Below, in pieces: positions 26,801 through 39,069 of a stretch of DNA of 64,000 nucleotides. The stretch spans positions 25,697,086 through 25,761,085 of the forward strand of contig CM119264.1 of the NCBI GenBank assembly GCA_051294375.1. Reading direction: 5' to 3'. Below the pieces are notes generated by a model. That model was not told where the DNA came from. It made no database searches and saw only the letters and a list, made by a program, of their open reading frames with translations. The position numbers and the translations under genes are program-made. Positions within the stretch are counted from its first letter, which is position 1. Each line of letters begins with the position of its first letter. The stretch comes from Paraspadella gotoi. Its lineage: Eukaryota > Animalia > Chaetognatha.

Positions 26801-29650
26801 AGTAGTGGAAAGAGCGGGAAGAGGGGAGAAGGGAAACAGTTAGAAGAGTGGAGAGTCGGCGAATACGATCGACGGGGACAATAGCAAAAAAACCCGTCCA
26901 CGCGGTCTGGACCCCCTGCACTGAGGGGGGCCGACCCTGTAAACAGCGGACGCCGCGGGGACGGGGTGGACCTCCGGGTGAACAAACATGAAAGCGACAT
27001 CGAACGGGAGGCCGGAGGAATCGTAAACAAATACGCGGCGGGAGGAGAGGACGGATCGGTAGGACGAAGACTGAGCGACGACGATATACGATCTACGAGC
27101 GCGCGCGTCACGTGTCTAGAAAAGCTCTGTTTTAAAAACCTCGGGTGATGGATTATTATAAGAGAGAGAGATGGAAAGAAAGGAGAGAGAGAGATGGAGA
27201 GGAAGAGGATGGAGCGGGGAGGAGAGAGAGGAAGAATGGAGAGAGGAGGGAGTTCAGAGAGAGAGATGAGAGGGAGGGAGGAGATATGATGAGAGAGGAT
27301 GGACGGATGAGAGAAAAACCCTACCAAAGAATTCAGGGCAAAATTATAGTCAGGGTGAGCAACGAAATCAGGCGATCGAAGAACATGTTAAGTTAATACG
27401 CCCAGAAGGTGACAGGCGAATGTAGCGACAGGCGAAGATCGATCAGCGCAGTGAGGAGCAGGCATGACGTCCGCGTTAAGACGAGAATGTTGAAAATTCA
27501 GGAAGCGAGAGGTGATGCGAATGTGATCAGAGAGAGAGAAGGAGACGAGGGGCGGAACATGAAATATCAAAATTAAAGGAATTCATGAGCGAATTAAGTA
27601 GTCGGGCCTCACCGTGAACTTTGGGATCTGAGCTTCTGAGATTTGTAGAAGAATAAATATCGAGTTGTTTTCAGTTTAAGTTATAAAGATGCATGTGAAT
27701 ATTCGAAATCAAATTCAACAAACGAGGGTGGGGGTGGTGGTAAGGGGTAAGTAAGACAAAACAGATGATAGAGTAAAGACATATATAAGGGGAAAACGCT
27801 ATAACAATAGTAAAGGTAAGTTTTGATTTAGGTCAGGAACACTTGACCGTGGTCAAAATGTCGAGTCATGTGTGCGAGGTGTGTTGTCGTTGTTGTTGTT
27901 GTCTTCGGCCGCAAGAGTTGACAAAAGAGTAATATGCGTAGAAAAGAGAAGAAAAATATAAGAAAAAGAAAGAAGTTAGGAAAGATTGACGCGGATGGAC
28001 GACAATTTGTAGATGGATAGTCGATAGACGGTACAATGACGTGCCTAGTGCGTGTAAGTCTTGGCGGCGACGGCGGGCGGTCTGGCGGTTGCAGCCGGCT
28101 GCGGTCGAGCTCGCGTTCTGGCGGGCTGCTTCGTCGCCGCTTATAAATGAGGATATAATCCTCTTCTTTGTCTTCTCTTTCGGGCGATAATTAATATACG
28201 ACGAATGAGTCCATTACGATTGCCGGTCTGCGGGGGCCCTAGGACAGACGACGGACTGGACACAACGGACGACGTATTATCCTTTGCTCTGTTGTCTTAA
28301 AGAGGGCGGCTGAACACTATAAAAAGAAAGAGGAAACTCTTAAAACGATAAAAGGCCAATCAGATGGCCGGGGAGAGATCAGCGGCAGGAGTGGGTGAGA
28401 GACTGTGGGGATGCCAATGGTATGTGATAGCGAGTTTATGTGTGGGGCAGGTGATTGTGCGACGGTTGGGTCGGTTGGTCATCGAGAAAAAGTGCACCGG
28501 AGATTTGCACGTTTGCGTCTTGTGATGAGAGAATCACTAAGAATGTTTTTCAGAATTTTTAACAAGTCGACACGGACTCGCCAGCGAGTGAATTCATGCG
28601 TTCACGACCGAAAGTTTGAAATTTGGATCTTGTTGACGGGTTTCCTCTCACCGGACAGTCTCGGACGATCATCTACGGGAGCCGAGACCCTCGTTTCAGA
28701 TCAAGATTGCTCGTATTCCCGGGCCGCCGAGGTTGCTCGTTTCGTGGGGGGCCATGTAATGACTCTGCGCTGCTGAATTCGGAGCGACGGAAAATGGGAT
28801 TCAGGACTGGCTCATCATATTTTACTCTGGAGAAGTGAGACCGAGATGGCGAGGATGAGGGGAGGAATAATGGGCGGAATGAGAATGATGGCATAGAATG
28901 GAGGAAGAATGGCAATAATGGAAGAGAGTATCATCAGACGGGAAGCAGCTGAAGGTGGCAACCGTGGGAGAAGGTCCTAAATATGGTGGAAAGGCGCTAC
29001 CTACCTGCTCGCATAACGGAAATTCGCTGATTGTGAACCTAGCAACATACATTTGTAAAGCTTCGCAAGGGAATAGTTTGCTTTGCCCTGTTTTCTTGGG
29101 TTTAATGCTCTCTCTCTCTCTCCTTCTCCTCTCTTCTCTCCTCTCGTCGTCTCTCTCTCTCTCCCTCTCTGTCTCTTCTCTTTTCTCTCTCGTCTCTCTC
29201 TCCTTTCTCAAATTCTCCCTTTATGCCTTCATCTCTGCATTACTTTCCGCCCATCTCGCCTCCGTCCCCGCCTCTCTCATCGTGTTCCGGCTGTTGGGTT
29301 GTAGTGAATAAAGCAATTTGTTCTACCGAATCTTCCTTCTTATCTTCTTCTTACCTTCTCCTCCTCTCCTTCCTCGCTTTCCTTTCCTACTCTTTTACTT
29401 CTTACTTTCGCTCCCCTTTTTTGCCGTCTCTGCTATTTTTTTCTATTTATCCCCATTATGAGGTTATGATAAATTTCCGTTTTTTCCCTTTTCTTACCTT
29501 AATATTTCTCGTGCATAATGAACTTCTTTTTTTTGCTTATATGATAGTGAATTAACTGCTGTTTATAATTTTCGAAGAGTTGTGTTTTAGGTTAATCACT
29601 TTCAGTTGGACGGTGGTGGGTGAGGGGCGGGTTGATGGTGAGTTAAATTT
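19410..29650 (+). repeat. Duplicated segment B, very indel-rich copy of ~32045-41025
   Basis: Colinear anchors: 21900/34115 (cggaatttgacctt), 24280/36335 (acgacttccgc..ggt.gtgaacc), 26105/37815 (gttcgagcgaagttctgagg), 28810/40220 (ctcatcatattttactctgg). Confidence 0.9.
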
Positions 29651-29664
29651 CTCTCTCATCTCGT

Positions 29665-30090
29665 TGGGTGGGACCTATATAAACAATAATTGGTTCGATC
29701 AATACAGATTATAGTAAATCAAGTAATACGCAATGAAATATTATAATTTTTTCTCTCCGAAAATAAACGAAAGACAAAAGACGAACTCAGAAAAATATAA
29801 AACTGCGTTCTGCAAAAAAAAAAAGGAAAAACAATAATTTTTTCGATTCGTTAATAAAAAATAATAAGTAAAAGAAAAAGAGAGAAAAATTTAACCCGAA
29901 GATGCGAAGATGAAGATTCTTATTCACATTCTTATTCTTATTCACATTCACATTTTTATTCACACGAAGATGCGAAGATGAATATTCTTACTCTCGAACG
30001 AAGGAGCGAAGTTTTGGTTGGAATCGCGACGATCAAACGGAAAGACCTTCAAAACACCAATTCCCTTTTATATCCCAGTTCCCATCCAGT
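29665..30090 (+). repeat. Extra copy of ~32575-33040 (also noisy at ~20150-20745)
   Basis: Shared gaagatgcgaagatgaagattct and ggaatcgcgacgatcaaacggaaagaccttcaaaa. Confidence 0.85.
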
Positions 30091-30104
30091 CCCAAGAGAG
30101 AGAT

Positions 30105-33100
30105 TAAGAAAACAAAACGGAGTGTTCTTAAAAAAAAATATTTTAATATATAACATGCGAGGCTGCGAGTGAAAAACAATCAGACTGTATATTAGATTTT
30201 AAAAATGAGGCCAAAATAATTGACAACCTAGAAATAATATGACGTGTGCATTGTGATTTAATAAAAGAATAGCAACATTCATTAAAAAATAAAAGAAGAT
30301 AGACATTTTCACAGTGCAGCAGGATGACATATGCAATAATTTACGATGAAGTACATGATCACACAGAGTGCGAAGAGAACCTAGAACGACTTTTAAAGCT
30401 TCTCTCTTCTTTTTGCAATCCTCCTCGTTATTACACCGACGATGAACCACATTGTGCATTATTCTGCTAGTTGCGACGCAATTTTTAATGACTTTATTGA
30501 GTCACAATTCTTCCAAAGTAAGAGCGATATTTGGAAATCGTTTTAGTTTCTTTAATAAAGACACATCAATTGCATACGTCCACCCGCCTTTTGGAAACGC
30601 TTTTTTTTACACGTTCTCCTTTTGAATAATTACTGATAATAAAGTTTTTAGCGAAAATACGTATGAAAACCACTACTTTTTACTTCTATATTGGAGACGA
30701 TGTTAGCAACATCCCAAGGCGGGCGAATCGCAATACTAGCTTCTTTTGCACAGTGCGTGAAAGGAACGACAAAAAATTACCCATAATTAGCTGGTTAATA
30801 CATAGTAAATACATAAAAAAAAACGAATCCAAGAATGAAGATAGTGGGACAAAAATGACAACTCAGTGCATAAAAAAGAGAGAAAAACGAACGACGATGA
30901 CGACGACGACGAACAAAAACGAACGACAACGAAGAAGTTTCTTTCATTCGCGGCTCCATGGACGACGAAACGATATTTTTTCCATCAACGCCGGCAAGAC
31001 TGAACCCCCATTGAACCTTTTCGTCGGTTGACGTCCGTCGTTAGTCACGTACCGTTCGTCCAGTCTTATTGTCGGGTGAGCTTAACGTCACCCAGGAACA
31101 TCATTCCCAGAACAATAAGGAATCAAGGAGAGACCCATAATCCTTAATCTTCTTCGAGACGGACAATCATCTGCCTCCAGGTTCTCTTTCACTCGTCCAA
31201 CGAATGAAGTGTGCGTGCGGGAGGTAGGAAAAATGAATGAGAGGAAGAGGGAGAGGCATGCAAAAGACGGAGGAAAGACAAATTGAGGAAAGACAGAAGA
31301 GAAGGAGAGGAAAGTGAGATGAAAGGGGATAGAAGGGAAAGGAATGTGCAATAAAGGAGAGAAAGGGAGGTTAGGACGGATTGGAGGAAAGGGAGAAAGG
31401 ACGAGGTAAGCGGAGGAACAGGAGAGGAAAGGGCAGAAAAGCCGAGAGGAAAGGACAAAGTAGAAGGGAGGGACAATGGGAGGAAAGCGGGAGGACAAGA
31501 GACGTAATTGAGGAGAAAAAGAGGAAGAAAGGAGAGAAAAGGATGAAAGGGAGAATGGAAATGGAGGTTAAAGGCGATGGAAAAGGGAGGAAAGGGAAGG
31601 AAAATGCGAGGAAAAGAGGAGAAGGATGGAAAAGGGAAGTGAGGAAAGAAAGGCGAAGGAACGGAAGAACAACAATGAAGAAAAACGCAGATTACACAAT
31701 ATAAGTAAAAAAAATTTAGAAAGTTTTTGAATTTTTTACAAACGACTTGGTATTTGCTCAATAAAGCATCGACAATGTTTCGGAACTCAAGCTCTCAAGC
31801 GCTTCAGATGAAGGCATCAAAATTGTCTAATACTCATTACAAACAACGAAAGACTAAGGTTATTAACATAGAAAAAGAAACAAATCACAAAAAAGGTAAT
31901 GTAAGGAAAGGAGGAAAGGAAGAAGGAAGGAAGCGACCAAGAAAGGAAGAAGGGAAAATAAGCCCTTGATCAGATGTCTAGACTAAGCTAAAAGTAGCAT
32001 GGAGTATATAATAGAAACAAAAAGAAACAAAATAGTAAATAACTGTAGCCAAGTTGCTTGCGCCGCCGGCGCTTTAGCAAAAAAAATCGTCATATTGAAA
32101 ACCTTCGGAAGATTTTATTTAATCTGAAAGATTTTTTTTGCCAGGGCTAAAAACCAAAAGTCCATCATTGTATAATGCTAATTTTTCTTTAAATATTGAT
32201 AGGTTAATGATTTTATTGGCAATGAGCGGAAAAGGTTGGTCCTTAAAAATAGTCTTTTTATTTAAAACATTATTTATTTTCTTTTTTGTCTAACTTTCAT
32301 GAAAATTTTTTTAAAAAAAAAATTAAATAAAAAGATATTAAATTAACTCATCTTGCTGAAAGCTCTTAAAAATATTAACGAGAATAATATAATTAAAAAT
32401 ACTGCATATCCAAAAATAAAGTCTATTCAGTCTATTCAATCACAAAGGTAAATCAAAAACTAAAAAAAATGCGTTAAATTAAAAATTGCCAAAGAGCAGC
32501 GTTTGAAATAATTATCATATTACAATGCTAACCATTTTTAATTTAGTCTTCTCTCAAGCATTTTTATATGATACCTATATTAAGCAATAATTGACGTTCG
32601 ATTCAAACAATTATGAACTAGTAAATCAAGTAATACGACGCAATTGAAATATTTTATAATTTTTTTCTCTCCGCGAAAATAACGAAAGACAAAAGACGAA
32701 TACCAGAAAAATATAAAACTTGAACGATTCAGCAAAAAGAAAGCGCAAAAAACAACTAATTTTTGTTTGATTCGTTAATAACAATAATAAGTAAAAAGCA
32801 AAAAGAGGAAGAAAAATTGCACCGCGAAGAATGGCGAAGATGAAGATTCTTTGATTACCATTCTTAATTCATTATTCACATTCACATATATTTATTCACA
32901 CGAAGAAATGCGAAGACCATGAATATTCTTACTCTCGACACGAAGCGAGCGAAAGTTTTTGCGTTGGAATCGCGACGATCAAACGGAAAGACCTTCAAAA
33001 ACAAACCAAGTTCCCTTTTTATGTATCCCAGTTCCCCATACCAATCATTGGCCTCCTTTTTTCAGTGAGAGAGAGAGAGAGAGAGAGGAGGGAGAGAGAG

Positions 33101-33272
33101 AGAGAGAGAGAGAAGAGAGAGAGAGAAGATGAGAGAGAGAGATATGAAAAGAGAGAGAGAGGTAAACGATCTTCAGCATCTTTATGGCAAAATCCTCTCA
33201 TACACTGCTTCGAACCGCCATATTATTGAGGGTAAATTCTTTGGGGCGTCTCAAGGGGCGTCTGCTCTCTCT

Positions 33273-33304
<32 letters not shown>

Positions 33305-33507
33305 CTCTGCTCTCAATCTCTCTCTCTCTCTCTCTCTTTCTCTCGTGCTCTCTCACTTGCTCTGTATCTTCAATAGCTTCAGCCAAGCGGACTTCGCCAA
33401 TCTTCTGCTAACAGATTTTCGAATTCAAAGACCGCACAAATTTTTGCGCGAAACCATAAACTGTTCAATGAGCGAAGTAGACGAGGCTTTGAATGGAATA
33501 TTGTGTT
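30105..33507 (+). repeat. Further indel-rich copy of the 3' part of segment A and its flank, ending at a 25-N gap
   Basis: Colinear with 9485-10885, 11800-14374 and 19410-21235. Confidence 0.85.
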
Positions 33508-34834
33508 NNNNNNNNNNNNNNNNNNNNNNNNNTTCTTTGGTGAATCTTCACCGTGAATTCGCGGAACAGTCGTGAAGGGATGGATTTTTGAAGAAAAAAA
33601 AAATTTGTTAAAACTTTTAACTTAAAAGATTTGAAAGCAATGATCATCTTTAACTTAAAACTTAAAAGTTTTAAAAGATTACCTTATATATTTGAAGTAA
33701 CAATAATTTATTGTGGTATTTATTTCCTTTTTTCTTTCGAGTCAGTATTGCAGCACTTAAACAATGAATCGTCTTTACGTTTTCGTTACGGATTTTCCTT
33801 TGGACGATTCGGTCCCGCGAAAAAACCCTCGGTGGTCTTAGCCTGGGAATAAAATCCTCCTTTGATAAAAAAAAAGTCTTTAACGCTCGCCTGACCTCCC
33901 TTGATATTCAACCGGTCTTAGCCACCCCACTGTCTTTTTGGATTTTTTTCCCCCGGTACTGGATCCTACTTTGCTGCACCGAGGGTCTCCCACCTTCCTC
34001 ACCCTTTCTTCCACTCCGCCATCCCAAACCCCCCTTTTTTCTCCACCTGTCTCCAACTCACCTCTTTCAACTCTCCTCAGACTCAACCCCCCCTAAAGTC
34101 CGACTTCTTCTCGGCGGAATTTGACCTTTGACCCGGCGCGTGATTCCGGTCGAGATTCGAACTCGCGAAGACCGGGGTTCCCTTCGGTCGGGCGAAGACT
34201 TAACCCGAGTTTCTTTGGACGTCGACCGATTATTTTGAGTCGATTTCCGGGAGGAAAAAGAGGGGGGGAATGAGGAAGAGGAGGAGGGAGAGGAGAGGCG
34301 TCGCCCAGTCGGTCGCTCGGGGAGTGAAGATCTGATCTGACTGAGATTCAAGACTTAGTCGAGGGTTTAGTCATCAATGAAAGGTTACAAAGTTAAAGAC
34401 TCACTCTCACTCTCGCTATTCTGGCTCAAGAATCGAGTTCCACTGAGGAATTATTAAAATTAGTAAAGTCTCACTCATTCTGCATTGACCAGCACAATTT
34501 TCTCGAGGTGCAAAAAAAGCAATTAAAATCTGTCAGGTTTGAAGGCAATGATCATCTTCAACTTTCAAAAACACAAAGTGATCGTAAACCATTATCATCT
34601 CCTGTTTTATCACAGTTCCCAAATATGTAACTGACTCGAAACGTTGAGCGAAAAAAAATCCTTTGTTGGAGCCAAAGAATAAACTGTCTCTCCATTACTG
34701 TCTTAGACAGCATCATTGCTTTCTGATCGCGACTTTATGGAGCGAATGGAATTCTCTCTCACTATATTTCATCCGAATGTTTGTCAGTCGGTGTCTCAGC
34801 GTGTATGTCTGTCTGTCTGACTTACTCAATTTCT

Positions 34835-34868
<34 letters not shown>

Positions 34869-36280
34869 NNNNNNNNNNNNNNNNNNNNNNNNNNNNNNNN
34901 NNNNNNNNNNNNNNNNNNNNNNNNNNNNNNNNNNNNNNNNNNNNNNNNNNNNNNNNNNNNNNNNNNNNNNNNNNNNNNNNNNNNNNNNNNNNNNNNNNNN
35001 NNNNNNNNNNNNNNNNNNNNNNNNNNNNNNNNNNNNNNNNNNNNNNNNNNNNNNNNNNNNNNNNNNNNNNNNNNNNNNNNNNNNNNNNNNNNNNNNNNNN
35101 NNNNNNNNNNNNNNNNNNNNNNNNNNNNNNNNNNNNNNNNNNNNNNNNNNNNNNNNNNNNNNNNNNNNNNNNNNNNNNNNNNNNNNNNNNNNNNNNNNNN
35201 NNNNNNNNNNNNNNNNNNNNNNNNNNNNNNNNNNNNNNNNNNNNNNNNNNNNNNNNNNNGGGAAAAAGAGTGAGGATTAATAAGGGAGGGAAATAAAAAG
35301 AATGAAAGGGTCGCGAAAATAAGAGAAGAAAGATGGCTAGAGATGGAAAGAAAGATGGAGAGATAGAAAATAAGAGGAGAGGAATTAAAATAAGAACGGA
35401 GGAAGAAAGAAAGAAAAGAAAGAATAAAAAAAAGGAAGAAAGAAAGGAAGAGATTAGAATAGAAGAACGAAAAAAAGAAGAGAAGAAGAAAGAACGAAAA
35501 AAAGAAAGAAAGAAAGAAAGAAGNNNNNNNNNNNNNNNNNNNNNNNNNNNNNNNNNNNNNNNNNNNNNNNNNNNNNNNNNNNNNNNNNNNNNNNNNNNNN
35601 NNNNNNNNNAAAGAAAGAAAGAAAGAAAGAAAGAAAGAATGAAAGAGAGCAATAAAGAAATAAAGAAAAGAAAATAAGAAATTCAATCATATCAAAACAA
35701 ATATGCAAATTTGATAAGTTCATGAAAGAACAAAAAACTAACATATTTGAGATGAGTGGATGGAATAATGGCGATGAGAAAACAATTTTAAGTGAGATTT
35801 GGTTTCAAGAAAAAAAAATCTCGTTATGAAGTCGTTTTTGTAAAGTTTAAAAAAATGCGAGGGAGGGGAGTCGAATTTTACAGCAGTTTTCTCCCACTCA
35901 ATTTAAAAACGAGGCTGCGAAAATAAATAAACATTTAGGGATCAATTTATCTCAAAAAGATAGAGCTTATCAACTCTCTTTTTACTACTGAAAATATTTA
36001 TTTCAGTTTAGCGTAACGTAAATGGAACATTTAGTTGCGACATTGCTATTAAAACTATTATAAATTTTTTTAAAAAGTTCTAATAAGTTATTCTCTGAGT
36101 CAAAACCTTCCTTGCTCGTTCGTTTTTTTCCGCGCATAAAAATCGTTTATTCTTCTAAACGAACGAACTTCGAGTTCAGCGAAAAAAAAAACCGAAGAGA
36201 AAAGCGACAAATTTTCAAATGAGGAGTTTGGAGGCAAAGAACGGAATGCAATCACGATTACCAATTCGAATTGAGCCAAT

Positions 36281-36285
36281 CGTCG

Positions 36286-36317
<32 letters not shown>

Positions 36318-36320
36318 GTT
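36281..36320. repeat. (GTC)n microsatellite
   Basis: About 13 GTC units. Confidence 0.9.
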
Positions 36321-37589
36321 CACAATCTCCAGTTTACGACTTCCGCCTTTGGTTGTGAACCAAATGTGTGGGTGTGAGCGTTGAAATAGATTGAGTGGGT
36401 GGAAGGAAGTCGTTGGAACCTTTTTAGTGCATGATAGTTCGCGAGAGGGGAGTCAATAAAGAGCAGCAAAAATATTAAAATCAAGTAGAATCAAAATTCG
36501 AATGGTAGATCATGTGAACATTGATATATAATTTTTTTTTAAATTTCTCAATTTTTGCGTAGTACTTACCCTAGAAAATGTTTAAATTTTAAAATAGATG
36601 TTTCTTATTTTTGAAAGCAGATTCGAATTCCTCACGGAAGTTGATATAAAAGAAAATTATAAACTCAATTTTTCTAAAATTATTTCATTAAGGGGTCAAA
36701 TTCTCTTAAAAACTGTATACTATAACTTATAGTCAACCGATTAAAAAATTTAGTTTTTTTTAATTTTTATCTATCTTAATGAAATAATTTTTGATTAAGA
36801 CTTTATATTTTCTTTTATCAACTTTTTAAGGAACTTTGAGGAGATTAGAATCTGCTTTCAAAGTTTAAAAAAAAAACTATGTAAAATTTTGACAATTCTA
36901 TGGTAAGTACTTAGTATAACATATGGGCCGACAATTTTTGTATTTTTAAAAAAATGTTTTTATAAATCATTGTCTTTAGTACAAGACTGTTCATGAAAAA
37001 CTATTCTAATTTTGATCTGCAACTTTCACTACGCCTTAGTAATCAATGATTTAGAATATTCAGGCTAGAATTTTAAAAGCTCAAGTTGAATATCGTTTTT
37101 AAATGTTTTACAGTCCAAACCTTATAACCCAAAAAAATTGAATATATTTTATAGATTGCAAGGATCGCAAGGATGTTAGCACTGTGAGTGAATTCTGATT
37201 CTCAAAAAGTGTGAACAAAGAAGTGACGACAGAAAAAAGGCATTCACGTTGTAGGGCGACCGTAAAATGTGACTGACACAACAGAAAGTTGTTGACCCGA
37301 GACGGATCAGCTCGTCACAGGGAAAGGAAGGGAAGTTCCAGTGTAAAATACGAGAAATAAAACTGGAGAAAGAGAGAGCGTTTGAAAAGAAAGCGATTCA
37401 CAGTCGCGGTGAGAGAAAGCAAGTAGATTAAAGAAACAAGAAGAGACGAGAAAATAAAAAAAACAGAAATAATAAAGTAAAGGTGTGAATTCTGTGAAAG
37501 GAGAAAGGAAGTCGTAAAGGTAAGGGAAGAGAATTAAAAGGAAAAGAAATGGAAAATAATGGAATGGAAAAGAAAATGAAAGAGCTGGA

Positions 37590-37662
37590 AAGGAATGGAA
37601 AGGAAAGGAAAGGAAAGGAAAGGAAAGGAAAGGAAAGGAAAGGAAAGGAAAGGAAAGGAAAG
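37590..37662. repeat. (GGAAA)n pentanucleotide repeat
   Basis: Perfect ggaaa run of about 13 units. Confidence 0.95.
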
Positions 37663-38089
37663 AAAAATAAAAAGTAAAAGAAAAATAAAAAGAAAGGAAA
37701 GGAAAGTTACCAAAAGGAAAGCAACAGGGAAGAAAGAAAAGGAGAGAAAAGAGGACAGAAAAAAAAAAGATAACAAATAAAAGAACTCAGTATTGTGTTC
37801 TTTTTTTTTCTTGGTTCGAGCGAAGTTCTGAGGAATGATTAATCGATTGTCCGTCAGTCCGTCTCGATTGAGTCTTGTTTGTGGGCGTGTCGCGAGAGCG
37901 AGGTTACGCTTTTAGTGGAGGGGAGGAAGAGGATGAAAAAAGAGAAGTGGGTAGATTGTAGAAAGAGAATGGAAGGAGAATAGAAGGAGAATTGAAGGAG
38001 AATGGATTAAAGAGATTGACAGAAATGAGAGGGAAAGGAAGGAAATACAAAGGGAAGAAGGGAAAGAATAGATATCACAGGAGCCATGA

Positions 38090-38260
38090 GCCGCGTTCCT
38101 TCGGCGGAGGTCGAGTTCGCTCGCCAGGTGTCGCGTTAATTAGCCATTGGCCGCGTTCCTTAGCCTGGGGTCTTGTTCGTTGGTTAAGGATCGCGTTCGT
38201 TGGTTTAGGGGTCGCGTTCGTTCGCCAGAGGTCGCGTTTGTTCGAAGACGCGTTTCGCGC
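38090..38260. repeat. Degenerate 20-bp CpG-rich minisatellite (consensus ~gtcgcgttcgttngccnggg)
   Basis: Core g[t/c]cgcgtt recurs at 20-bp spacing from 38090 (38110, 38130, 38150, 38170, 38190, 38211, 38231); noisy copy at ~26400-26620. Confidence 0.75.
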
Positions 38261-38329
38261 CACCGATCGGCCGAAAGAAAAGGTGGGGGTCTCCGCTTAA
38301 TGGAGCGAGAATGAATCTGGGGGCGGGAC

Positions 38330-38378
<49 letters not shown>

Positions 38379-38389
38379 AGAGAGAGAGA

Positions 38390-38422
<33 letters not shown>

Positions 38423-38976
38423 GAGAGAGAAAACTTAAAGAGAGAGCTAAACGATCGACGGGACAAACAAAAACCCCGGTCCGACGCTCGAACCCCGCGA
38501 ACGACCGACCGAAAACAGCGGACTGCCCGACGGTGACCCAGATTACAAAACAAGCGACATCGAAAACGGAAGAATATCCGTAAAAACAAAAGACGGCGGA
38601 GGAGAGGGAGACGAGGACGAAGACGACGACGACGATACGACTGACGACGGCGGTCATCTAAAAAAAGGCATCTTTTTGAAAACTGGATGGATAATAAAGA
38701 GAGAGAGATAAAAGAAAGAGATAAGAATAGATAGATAGAATAGATAATTGTACATGGACCTAGGTACCTTCATGCAAAGAAAGGACCCTATAAGGTACAC
38801 AGTGGGATCGCGTTTTCATTAAAATTTCATTAAAAGGTTTTACAGCGAAAAAAGTCTAACAATCAATAATCTGCTAAAGTCCATACTAATCATAAGTTTA
38901 GTACTCAATTAGCAAAAAAGGAATTGTGCCTTAATAACCATACGAGCTACGCAACCAATGATTCATATTTAAAATA

Positions 38977-39069
<93 letters not shown>

